Shown here: positions 26,397 through 37,279 of the stretch, in pieces | How positions within the stretch are numbered: the first letter of the stretch is position 1 | How the letters are laid out: each line of letters opens with the position of its first letter | Origin: Octopus vulgaris | Lineage: Eukaryota | DNA length: 64,000 bases | Direction of reading: 5' to 3' | Assembly: GCA_951406725.2 (NCBI GenBank) | Contig: OX597814.1 | Coordinates: 69,936,001-70,000,000, forward strand | Notes under the pieces: generated by a model | Database searches by the model: none | What the model saw: only the letters and a program-made list of their open reading frames with translations | Told to the model about the DNA's origin: nothing | Position numbers and translations under genes: made by a program

Positions 26397-26797
26397 TACA
26401 TACACAAATATATACATATATATATGCACATATATATACATATATTCACATATATATATATATACACATATATGGATATTTATATACATATATATACTAA
26501 CATATATATATATATATATATATAGGTACTGTAAGTTTAGAGGGAATACTTGATAAGTGTAAATACCTGTATATGCCAGATAGTGGCAATGGTGAGAGAA
26601 TATATCAAACATAAATTGAAAACAGAACACAAAGGATGTTGTGATACACGTGTTTCAAGCTTTATAAACAATCTGTTATTACATCAGCATAGGTATATTA
26701 TTGATATAAAAGATGGTTTAAACTCTCTTCAGCTGCAAACATTGTTATCCCAATGATTACATCAGAAAATAATAAGTACATGTAGTATTAACCATTA

Positions 26798-26840
<43 letters not shown>

Positions 26841-26842
<2 letters not shown>

Positions 26843-27341
26843 CAATATAGGGTGGCAAAAAATTTTGTAGAATTCTTTTGCCACCAGCGGCCTAGTGGGA
26901 AAAAGTTAAATAGTCATAAACCATTTTTAAGTTCAACATCACAATCAAGGAACGGCCATAATAGGCCATTCACCCACTAAAAATAACAGCCAAAAGCTTC
27001 AACCGCAAAATGACATCAATTCTGTAAGCCAGGATTTGAAAATTTTAGGTCAGATATTGCCGAGGCAGGGACGAGAATGCCTCGTGAAAAATATCTGTTC
27101 CGACTTGGCTATTTCTTACTGATGAATCTAAGGGCCTATGGTAGATTGGCTTGATTTAATTTAATCAGGTTAGTTTACCATTAAACAGTAGACGAAACGG
27201 TGCATCGTATAAGAAATTACAGGGTAAATGTTTTTTTAATTTTCTCCTGGCTTACAGAATTGATGTCATTTTGCGGTTGAAGCTTTTGGCTGTTATTTCT
27301 AGTGGGTGAATGGCCTATTATGGCCGTTCCTTGATTGTGAT
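26841..27341 (+). mobile_element. Hammerhead-containing fold-back unit in (TA)n, copy 2
   Basis: Inverted repeats 26937-27034 / 27245-27341. Same family as copy 1 but with a different inversion breakpoint. Confidence 0.8.
27111..27217 (+). ncRNA. Type I hammerhead ribozyme with an 8-bp stem I and extended stem II
   Basis: ATTTCTTA CTGATGA ATCTA...[18-bp GU-rich hairpin]...TAGAC GAAA CGGTGCATCG TA TAAGAAAT. Confidence 0.85.
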
Positions 27342-27349
27342 ATATATAT

Positions 27350-28367
27350 ATATATATAAAACTGAGAATGTGTGTCTGTCTGTCTGTGTGTTTCCCTAAA
27401 ACTTGAGAACTACACAACCAATTTCATTCAAATTTTACACATGCCTTACTTAGCGTCCATGTAGCTTCATGGGCAAAAAAAATGTTCAACATCTTGCCTA
27501 GAGCGAGCCCATAGCAATATCATATCTTTTCCACTATTTCAGTATTACGTGTTAAAAGTGAAACAAAAACATTTCTCTATTTTATGTCAGATACTTTCAC
27601 TTTAACAATAAAAATAATAATAACAATTGAATTATATGTAGTAAGTAATAATTAAAATCAAACTAAAGTATAATATAATCGAAACATAAAAAAAAAAGTA
27701 AAAATAGCAATTGGTATAAAATTGCATCAATGACTTGAACTTGAATAAGTGGTTTCACATGAATGGGAATAAATTAAAATTAGAATTAGCGTGCAGAAAT
27801 GGAATAGTCCAGATGGATAATAAAAAATTAAATTAAAGAAAAGACTATTGTCTATAACGTATACAATGTAGAGAAAAAAGAAGATTTGAACACATGAAGG
27901 AAAGCACCTTCGAAAAGTGTCATGGTGCGATTATGAAAGATATCTAATCAGAGGCGGTAAATTCGCCACAATAGAAGCAAGGTTCGAGTCAACGGAGCGT
28001 GCAAGGGAGCACTCGACTCGAACTTGCAAAGTGGAAATATTTTATTTTTTCCTTTATATCCGGGATGTAGGACGTCCCGGAAAATAATTTAAAATGCCCC
28101 CCCCCCCGAAGTAGAGGCAGGCTGGATTGTAACCACGCTTCTATACAAGAAGGAGGACAAGATACAATTCATCGAAATTACAAGAGACGGGCTAACAATT
28201 CCAGTCTGTTATATATTTTGAGTATTGTTATCACTAGCGATATCAAGATATAACTTTGTATTTTGTATTTTATGTGTAGATGTATATATATAGATGTACA
28301 TGTAATATGTACACATATATACATACACTAGCACTATGACCCGGCAACGACGGGTCTTTAATGCTAG
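27350..28367 (+). mobile_element. Non-autonomous Helitron-like element
   Basis: 5' TATAAAACTGAG..(GTCT)n, typical of Helitron derivatives; 3' GACCCG-GCAACGA-CGGGTC hairpin plus CTAG|T. Confidence 0.65.
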
Positions 28368-29302
28368 TATATATATATATATATATATACATATAAATAC
28401 TAGCTCAGATTTATAGATATTGACTAGCTTAAGGTCACCCGCTCTACGTGCGGGTAAGATTATGGTTGATACTTTCTGTTGCTTCCTTTCTGTTTTTATC
28501 ACCACATTCTCCCTCTTTGTTTCTCTCTCCTTTCCCTCTCACTTTCCCACTCTCTTACTCTTCCTTTCTCTCGGACTCTCCCTCGCTTTCTCTTACTCTC
28601 TATCTTTCTCCATCTATCTATCTCCCATTTATAAACGACAGAAGATCTTGAGTAAGTTGAGAAATAAAATATTTTGAAAGATCAATCATAAATATCAGGC
28701 AGTGTCAACGGAAAGGTCTGCTTCAAGGCAGACAGCAAAACACTAACATTTCAAAGGGACATACGAACTTGCGAGCTGAATAAAATTTTAAAAATATTGG
28801 AAACCAAAGTTTGAAGGAATAGGATCTGAGGATAGTAGGCTCACCATGGCTGGCATTTCTTAACGACGGACAGAAATGTAGTGGCAGTTTAATGGCTGGC
28901 GTAAAATTTTGAACTTGATGTAAAAGAAAATTCCTAAACACCAACTTTTGAAGTGATTCTTTCTCTACAGTAGACTCACCATAAACATTCAAAACTTCAT
29001 CATGGACGGCAACACATTGATGATTTAAAGGCTGCCACAAATTTTTTAGCTTGCTGTAACAGAGAATTCCTACACACCGCTCCTGTAAATTTTAATCCCC
29101 TTCCAGCCCCATTTAGACCCCTTTTCACATTTTAGTTAATATAACCCGATTTCATTCGGGTCTACTGGGGCCACATTTTATAAGATGAGGAATTTTGTCC
29201 TCGAGGTCATTTGAGGAAAAAAAAATTGTTGCCATGCAAACTCGCCAGCACTTTTAACATAGGTGTGCATATTTCAGCTCAACCGACCACATAATGAAAC
29301 AC

Positions 29303-29345
<43 letters not shown>

Positions 29346-29396
29346 ATTGGTGAATTGAAGAAATGGAGCTGAACGCAGATTGAACAGAAATCGTTT

Positions 29397-29490
29397 TATT
29401 TCATTCTACACGTGTTTCGAAAGGCACAAATTACCAAAATCCGATTGAATAATGGGACCATATTGTGTCTTTCTCTTCAGGAAGAAAATA
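29397..29490 (-). ncRNA. Type I hammerhead ribozyme (intact core)
   Basis: UUUCUUC CUGAAGA GAAAGACACAA...UUGUGCCUUUC GAAA CACGUG UA GAAUGAAA. Stem II pairs at 10 of 11 bp, palindromic stem III ACACGUGU, GUA triplet. Confidence 0.88.
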
Positions 29491-30087
29491 GGAAATCCGT
29501 TGGAAAAACAAAAACAGAACAGAGGCGGAGCAAAAACAAATCGAACTATGCTCCTAAGAGCCCATGGCGAAACTGTTTATCAGTGTATGTTGAGAACCGG
29601 TGGCTGAAGAATTTAACGGGTCAGGCATCGGTCAATCATGTGGGTGAGGGTGTGTAGGTGTTCTTTGTGACCGAGAATAAAGTTCTGACTATTTAAGGAA
29701 TATTGGATGTTTTATAAGGGGCGAGAAAAAATCTACTTAGAGACGTGTGTGTGTGTATACTGTTCTATATATGTGTGTGTTGGCGTAGGGGTAGAAAACA
29801 TTTTTTGTGTACGTGTGTGCGTTTGATCGTTCGGCTGTCAGTGGCTACTGCCGTGAGAACCGTTGGGTGGCAGAAAAAAAAAAAAAAAAAATATATATAT
29901 ATTATGTTTTATGTGTGTGTGTGTTCATCTAAGCCTGCCTTGTCAAGGAAACCCCCCGCTGTGAAAAAACCAAGCCCCGTTTGTCTTACAGGAGTAATTC
30001 CCCTTGCAGTGGTTAATCGTAGATATCTTAAAGGCTATTTCAGAATTTGTTACCAAGGGCTATGGGTGCCGGTATTATTTATAAACG

Positions 30088-31518
30088 CTATTTAAAAGCC
30101 AGATAAGTGTAACGCCGCCAATGGGGGCATCGAAAAGCCGACTGTAAAAGCCCGTTTACCATCCGGCCTCTGGCAAACAAAATATGGAAGAGTTCGGAGA
30201 CACAAAGGTTGCACTGCCTTCTGCCCCTATCAAATGGGAGGGCCGCCGACAAAATTGACCATTCCAGCCTGTAGCTTAAGTTCGTATCCTTCAGTCGCCA
30301 TATTAGCTTACTGAGTCCCGTGGTCTGGCGCTTGTTCATGTCCCGAAAAGTTGCGTAATGGTTGGAGACACGCAAAGACAATCTTGAGGATGAGGCCCCT
30401 ACATAAGTGAAGACATCTGAGTCCGTGTAAACCTTGCATTGGTAGACGGCGTTTTTGATCTTGGAGTTCGCCGACGTGAATCGTATTCTGCTAGGATTAG
30501 TTTCTGAAATTAGAACTGCGTTCCTGTCACTATATTCGTTCCGAGACCTGCAGCCGCTTACTACTCTATTTTCCACTACGTCACTATTAACTATAGGAAT
30601 AACCCCTGATTCTCCACTATCTATCAGAGTGCTGTCATTGCTACTGCCCGTGGTGCTGCTATTGCGGGAAATGATGCTGGGGATGCTATTGGGGCTCTCT
30701 ACCCTACTCCCATTGTTACCGTCAACCACAACACCCCTATTTATAACTATACCCCTAGTGGGTACTCCCTGGCTGGAGCTGAGATTATGTGTCACTGTAC
30801 TGGCTCTCATATCATTATTACTACTATAATTATTCCTACTGAGCATTAAACCGGGAGCGGAAGAGGCTGTGCCTCCGGAAAAAGGTGATAGGGTCTTAGT
30901 AAGTAGCCTATTATTATGGGAGGCGATTATCTGGGCGAGGTTTTTAGTGTTGGAGAAAGCTATCCTAACTTTATGCGAGTTAACCGTGGAGTAATATTTG
31001 GAATTTCTGGGGAAGTTATTGGCGATGGCTTGTCTAAACATGAGGGGGAGGTTAGTTCTAATCTGCTTACCAAAGGGGATTACAAACCATATATGCTTAT
31101 TCCTATCAGTGTGATGGGTCGGGACGCCAGCTCTCGCGTTCGGGTGGGTGATTCTCGGATGAATAACGTGTCTTGGGTTAGTGTAAGACCTCCCGGACCG
31201 ATAATTATCCTTGTTCGCTAAATTAAATGCGGGAGCGACTACCCCGGCATCCGCCGCGCTCCCGTCCTTACTTAAAATGTTAATGTTATTATATACGGCC
31301 CTATCCTGATGACCGAATGATGGCATCGGAAGGGCCGGATCAATATAAATTACCTTCTGCCTATAACCGGCCTTGGATAGTGCGGCGTTATAAAATTCCG
31401 CTTTCTGCATAAAAATATCGGCACTGGCAGACAAGCCAGACAATCTTAGAGAGATGTTTTTAACCAAATTGTCTGTTACGGTTTTGGCATGATTTGAGAA
31501 GACACTGACATACTTCAA
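30088..31518 (-). CDS. PLE polyprotein C-terminal part: RT thumb, linker and GIY-YIG endonuclease (open frame, 5'-truncated)
   Basis: [12 protein letters not shown]...ISLRLSGLS...[10 protein letters not shown] (thumb), [25 protein letters not shown]...TYVGASS..R...[20 protein letters not shown]. Confidence 0.88.
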   Translation of the reverse strand: MKYVSVFSNHAKTVTDNLVKNISLRLSGLSASADIFMQKAEFYNAALSKAGYRQKVIYIDPALPMPSFGHQDRAVYNNINILSKDGSAADAGVVAPAFNLANKDNYRSGRSYTNPRHVIHPRITHPNARAGVPTHHTDRNKHIWFVIPFGKQIRTNLPLMFRQAIANNFPRNSKYYSTVNSHKVRIAFSNTKNLAQIIASHNNRLLTKTLSPFSGGTASSAPGLMLSRNNYSSNNDMRASTVTHNLSSSQGVPTRGIVINRGVVVDGNNGSRVESPNSIPSIISRNSSTTGSSNDSTLIDSGESGVIPIVNSDVVENRVVSGCRSRNEYSDRNAVLISETNPSRIRFTSANSKIKNAVYQCKVYTDSDVFTYVGASSSRLSLRVSNHYATFRDMNKRQTTGLSKLIWRLKDTNLSYRLEWSILSAALPFDRGRRQCNLCVSELFHILFARGRMVNGLLQSAFRCPHWRRYTYLAFK

Positions 31519-31564
31519 ATTAGTGGAAGGCTTATGGTAAGGGCAGTATGAGTCGCTATTAAGG

Positions 31565-31650
<86 letters not shown>

Positions 31651-33969
31651 GCATTAAATATATATATGTACATATATACGCAGTATATACATATGTGTGT
31701 GTACGCATTATATATAGAAATTATATATATATATATATATATATATAAATACAGATATATATACACTTTGTATATATATATTATATATACATATTTACAT
31801 ATAGAACACACACACATATATATTTACCCAATAATTATCACACCACCACCACCACACAATCATGATAACAAATATTTGTTCTCATGATTGTGTGGTTGTG
31901 TCGGCTGATAATAAATCTCTCTATGAATGCAGACAGACGTACAGACAGAGAGAGGGGGATGTGAGAGAAAGAGTGAGAGCGCTAGCGAAGGTGGCGAGGG
32001 AAAGATAGTTGATCTGTCACATGTCATTATAGAGGGAAAGTGAAGAGAAGGGAGGAAAAAGAGAGAGAGAGAAACGGAGGAAGACAGGCAAATAAGAGAA
32101 TGAGAGTAACAAAAAAGACTTGTCAAAGTGTGGGGTTTTTTGCCCTAGTAACCACAGCTTTTGAGATAGAGATTTCTAACCTAGCCCACTCACATCCTCA
32201 CCTCATTTTACATGTCCCTGTAAATTTCGGAGTCAATCCGATGGGATCTAGTGCCCTTTAACCCGTTGCAATGCCAAAACCAGACAAACTTTTCGCATCT
32301 CAGATTTATAGATATTGACTAGCTTAAGGTCACCCGCTCTACGTGCGGGTAAGATTATGGTTGTTACTTTCTGTTGCTTCCTTTCTGTTTTTTATCACCA
32401 CATTCTCCCTCTTTGTTTCTCTCTCCTTTCTCTCTCCCTTTCCCACTCTCTTACTCTTCCTTTCTCTCGGACTCTCCCTCGCTTTCTCTTACTCTCTATC
32501 TTTCTCCATCTATCTATCTCCCATTTATAAACGACAGAAGATCTTGAGTAAGTTGAGAAATAAAATATTTTGAAAGATCAATCATAAATATCAGGCAGTG
32601 TCAACGGAAAGGTCTGCTTCAAGGCAGACAGCAAAACACTAACATTTAAAAGGGACAGACGAACTTGCGAGCTGAATAAATAAAAAAAATATTGGAAACC
32701 AAGTTTGAAGGAATAGAATCTGAGGATAGTAGAGTCACCATGGCTGGCATTTCTTAACAATGGACAGCAACATAATGGCAGTTTAACGGCGGGCGTAAAA
32801 TTTTGAACTTGATGTAAAAGAAAATTCCTAAACACCAAGTTTTGAAGTGATTCTTTCTCACGACAGTAGACTCACCATGGCAAGCATTCAAAACTTCTTC
32901 ATCATGGACGGCAACACATTGACGATTTAAAGGCTGGCGCAAATTTTTTAGCTTGATGTAACAGAGAATTCCTAAACACCCGCTCCTGTAAATTTTAATC
33001 CCCTTCCAGCCCCATTTAGACCCCTTTTCACATTTTGGTTAATATAACCCAATTTCATTTGGGTCTACTTGGGCCACATTTTATAAGATGAGGAATTTTG
33101 TCCTAGAGATCACGCCTTTCATTTGAGGAAAAAAATTGTTGCCATGCAAACTCGCCATAGCACTTTTAACTATAGGTGTGTATATTTTCAGCTCAACCGA
33201 CCACATAATGCACACATTATATATATATTATATACATATATAAGTAGTAAAAAATGAAAATTTAGCACGAAAAATTTGCAGGGTTCTAAATAAATGTTAA
33301 AATGTAATAGATACGAAAAACCTACGTTATCACCAGAACACGAACGCTCGTTGGTGTGTTCTGTTTGTATTTGCTCCATCGGCGCGTTGACAGGCAGACA
33401 ACAGAATGCGATGGCGAGATTCATAATATTTGTTGTCATGATTGTGTGTTGTTGGTGGCGATGGTAATTCTCTCTATGAATTTTGGTTAATATAACCCGA
33501 TTTCATTATAACCCGATACATAAAAGAAGGCCGTTTGAGGAAGTGAAAGTGATGGGAATGTAGGAAACAGAGTGAGTGAAAATGTGTTGGGAAGAGAGGA
33601 AATAGCGAGAGTGAGTTGAGGAAGACAGATACATTAAAGAACGGAAGTGGACTTGTGAAAGTGAGTTTTTGGCCCTAGCAACGACACTTTTTAAGATAGG
33701 GATTTTACATGTCCCTGTAAATTTTTGAGTCAATCGGACGGGATGTAGTGGCCTTGAAAGTGATCCAAGCGGTGGAAACGCATTTCAGTTTTATATATAG
33801 AGATATGATCTACCCGATGCCCACGGATACTATGGACTACACTATAATCATCCCGTGAATACCGACTATTATCTTAAGAGACATGTGATTCGTGGAAATG
33901 CGCGTAGCGATGCATTAAAATATTTATAAATTCCATCCAATGTTTATTGTTATTCTTACTATATATATA

Positions 33970-34427
33970 TACGAGGGGGTACTTAAAAGTAACCGGAAAG
34001 GTTCTCTATAGGACAAGTTTGAGGTGTTTCCACTTCCACTACAATTTCCAGCTCATCATTTTCCACCTTGGTCTCAAGTTTACCACGGGGCTGATTTTCA
34101 AGAGTAAAGTCACCAGACAGGGACTTCTCAAACAATCGACGTACAGTGCGCTCATTCGCCACATCTTCACCAAACACCTCATTGATGCATTGGTTCCACG
34201 ATGGAACTTATATTCATAAATAACACGAATTTTTTATCTATCCATGGCTTCATAAAAATTGATTTAGAAGAGAAAACTTGCGATTTATTCAGACACCATG
34301 AAGTGCACTTCAAAAAGTGATGATGTAATTCTATAATGTTGTCAAATAAAGAATTGTCAGGATGAAACATTAGAGTTAGCGACTGTCGAACTTGGTGCAT
34401 AAGAAAATTGGATATTTCTTTCTTAAT
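33970..34427 (-). mobile_element. Mariner transposon relic (N-terminal HTH of the transposase)
   Basis: FGEDVANERTVRRLFEKSLSGDFTLENQPRG...VENDELEIVVE. TIR-like TATCAGGTC.. at 34427 and TA-CGAGGGG.. at 33970. Confidence 0.78.
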
Positions 34428-34590
34428 GACCTGATATTTCATTTCAGAACCTGTGTCATATCTATATCTCTCTTTATATATCTCTATCTCTCTATATCTA
34501 TCTATCTTCCTCTCTTTTTATCTCATTCTCTTCATTATGTCTATGATCGTAATTTATTTTTTTTTATTAAAAATAAAATAAATAATATTG

Positions 34591-34627
<37 letters not shown>

Positions 34628-34630
<3 letters not shown>

Positions 34631-34744
34631 CACTTCTTTAAAAGGGTTTTTCAATGTCAATTTCCACTAGCTAGGCACGCACATGTATGTATAACCGTTT
34701 CTATTTCATTTCAGAAGCTGTGTTATATCTGCATCTCTCTATAT

Positions 34745-34809
<65 letters not shown>

Positions 34810-35372
34810 AGTATCACTTGAATAGGAAAGTGAGAGTAGAGAGACAAGTTTTGTCTAGCGAATGTTTCAAAAAAAGATGGGTGAATGTAGCAAGGATGGT
34901 ACGTATGAATGACGAAGCCACCTTCAGCATAATCCTATGAACACGGAAAAATTTTAAACAGAGGGTTACTTACTTGCAAACAAATGTGTTAACATGTGAC
35001 ATTATTGACCGAGGTTACCGTGGTATTTTCCGTAGGCTTTTCTTTCCACGGATAAACCTTATCTGCTTCCCCCTTTACACTTTACATCATGACATTTCTG
35101 TGATACACGATCCTTATTGATCGCTTTTTTCTTTCCCTTTTACAATCTCTTTTGATCGAAAACCTACCTCACTTTTTTTTTCTCCCCAAAAAGAAAAGTT
35201 CTACTTTGTAATCTGCCCCGTCTGTGTGCAGCCTTCTGTGGATAATAAAGAAATCTATCTCTCTATCTATCTATCTATCTATCAGGTTCTGAAATGAAAT
35301 AGAAACGGTTATACATACATGTGCGTGTCTAGCTAGTGGAAATTGACATTGAACAACCCTTTTAAAGAAGTG

Positions 35373-35376
<4 letters not shown>
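34628..35376. repeat. MITE-like fold-back with ~95-bp inverted repeats in (TA)n, split by a Tx1 insertion
   Basis: 34628-34720 is the reverse complement of 35284-35376; the centre is (ATCT)n. Confidence 0.75.
34806..35253 (+). mobile_element. 5'-truncated Tx1 copy (ORF2 end plus 3' UTR), same family as 3990-9219
   Basis: Aligns with the reverse complement of 3990-4250. Ends AATAAAGAA followed by (ATCT)n; (ATCT)n also lies on the 5' side. Confidence 0.88.
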
Positions 35377-35438
<62 letters not shown>

Positions 35439-35454
35439 AAAATATATATATATA

Positions 35455-36235
35455 TCCCGTCCGTGTTTTTGTATCGTCTTCTAAATGTTTTGCGTTCTTG
35501 TCTCAGTTTGTATTTTTTTACATATATATATAGCGGGGCCCGTACATATTCTTTGGTCTTATATGTAAGTACACATTTCTCTAAACTTGGTACGACTCTA
35601 TAACACTGTCTCTCCCCCTCTCCTACATTTCTCTGTCTTTCTTACTTTACACTTCACTCTGATCTGTCTCTTTCTCGCGCTCTCTGTCTTCTCCTCCTCC
35701 TTGGTTCCTTGGTTCCTTGTTCCCCTTTTTCTCTCTTTTCTTCCTCTCCTTAATTCCTCTGTCCCTCTTTTCCTCTCTCTCTTCTCCTTACACGTGACTG
35801 ACTGACCGATTACCGGCCTTTCGTGCTTAGCAGTCGTCGCGGCAAGACACATTTTTTCTCTGCCCTAAGGCATTTTTCTAACACGCCAGCTCAAGTTTAC
35901 TCGTCCTGTCGAAAGACGCCTGTTTGTGACGGCCTGTTTTTGTTATCATTATTATCATTATTGTTTTTACGTATTATTATTATTTTTTTTTTTACGTATT
36001 TTTGTATTCATATTCGTGTAACATCGTCCGTTTTTCCGTCCTTGTTTTGTATGCCATTCGAGGCTTTCTTCCAAGGAATCTAATGCGCTTAACCTTAATT
36101 TTCCTTGGGGCTGGCCAGATTGGAGGCAACTTTCAAGATTAATCAACTGAAATTGCGAGGATGATCCGGTCTTCTTGACTGAAGATTGAAGGCTTAGATA
36201 AATGTCCCATCCGTGTTTTTTGTATCGTAATAAAA
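35455..36235. repeat. Unclassified interspersed repeat bounded by ~25-bp direct repeats
   Basis: TCCCGTCCGTGTTTTTGTATCGT at 35456 and TCCCATCCGTGTTTTTTGTATCGT at 36206. CT-rich interior; begins after (TA)n. Confidence 0.45.
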
Positions 36236-36300
36236 CTCGGAAAGTTCTAAATGTTCAAGACACCCTTAAAGCCAGAAAATTTTCAGCACCCTTTCATATA

Positions 36301-36689
36301 TCTCACTATGTATAAAGCTGAAGTTGTCTGTGTATGGCAGGTTAGGTAGCCTTCAACTAACACTATCTCCTCTGAGACCCTACGGCGCAAGTTGACCAAA
36401 ATTGAGAGTATGATAGAAGGCTTGCTCTTCATTCCGTAGAAGATAAAATTCAAATCGGACCATGTTAACACCAAAAATTATTTACATCAAAAAGGTGTTT
36501 TTTTCTATGAAAATCCCTGTTTTTTACGATTTTTTGGCTGCTGTGTCGCCATTTTTCGGTGCATTTCAACCAGAAAAATGTTCACTTAAAGAGAATAACA
36601 AGCTACATAATGCAAAATTTTTTACTTTTCAAAAATTCCAATTCTAAAGGGTCGAAACAAACCCGAGCAACACCGGGCGATGCTGCTAG
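36301..36689 (+). mobile_element. Non-autonomous Helitron
   Basis: A|TC 5' end; 3' CCCGAGCAACACCGGG hairpin plus CTAG|T. Confidence 0.75.
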
Positions 36690-36952
36690 TATATTTATAA
36701 ATTTATCACAATTTTCTTTTCTAACACAAAAATACGAAACTGCACAATTCGCATTCGTTATAAATGTGAAGCGTCTGCGGTAATTGTATCTGTAAACAGG
36801 ATTATTTCATCATGGCTAGAGTTTTCCTACGGTTCACTGCACAATCACCGATGTTCACCAATGAATGTGAAATAATATTGTTCCTAACACAGTAAGCAAG
36901 TAAAGTTCACTGCAAAGTCAATCGAACGAAACAGCTATATATATAACAATAT

Positions 36953-37052
36953 NNNNNNNNNNNNNNNNNNNNNNNNNNNNNNNNNNNNNNNNNNNNNNNN
37001 NNNNNNNNNNNNNNNNNNNNNNNNNNNNNNNNNNNNNNNNNNNNNNNNNNNN
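36953..37052. other. Assembly gap (100 N)
   Basis: Run of exactly 100 N, typical of a gap of unknown size. Confidence 0.99.
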
Positions 37053-37279
37053 TCAAATATATCAGAACTTATTTGTCAAGTCATACCATGCTGTAAAATC
37101 ATTACATTAGTCTATAATTGCAGGTGTTTTTGAAATATGAATGAATATTTTCTTGAAAATTCATATGCACCTTTTAGTCATTTGCACTATGTAGAAGTCT
37201 ACATATCAGCTTTGATTCTTTATGCTCCCATGTTAAACTTTCTCACTTTCCTTATGGAAAATAACTGGTGCAATGTTTG

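Larger units (their letters stand above)
29341..31560 (-). mobile_element. 5'-truncated Naiad-like PLE inserted in (TA)n, with 3' UTR and hammerhead
   Basis: Flanked on both sides by (TA)n. Contains the 476-aa ORF and a hammerhead near the 3' end. Confidence 0.85.
28424..33808 (-). mobile_element. Head-to-tail dimer of non-autonomous Helitrons (33808-32319 and 32318-28424; the second interrupted by a PLE)
   Basis: 28404-29310 and 32299-33225 are ~900-bp direct repeats. On the minus strand each ends ACCCGC-ACGTAGA-GCGGGT...CTAG followed directly by TCAATATCTATAAATCTGAG. Confidence 0.78.

Noticed and set aside
27051-27097. Hairpin considered as a SECIS element (some Naiad PLEs encode selenoproteins)
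   Set aside because: Lacks the AUGA/GA quartet and the correct apical geometry on either strand.
35795-35925. CTGACCGA...GAAAG as a hammerhead
   Set aside because: Core spacing is wrong and stems I-III could not be paired convincingly.
36822-36900. Short ATG-initiated ORF with a GTAAGC donor-like site before the gap
   Set aside because: 27 codons with no recognisable homology; cannot be supported as a first exon.
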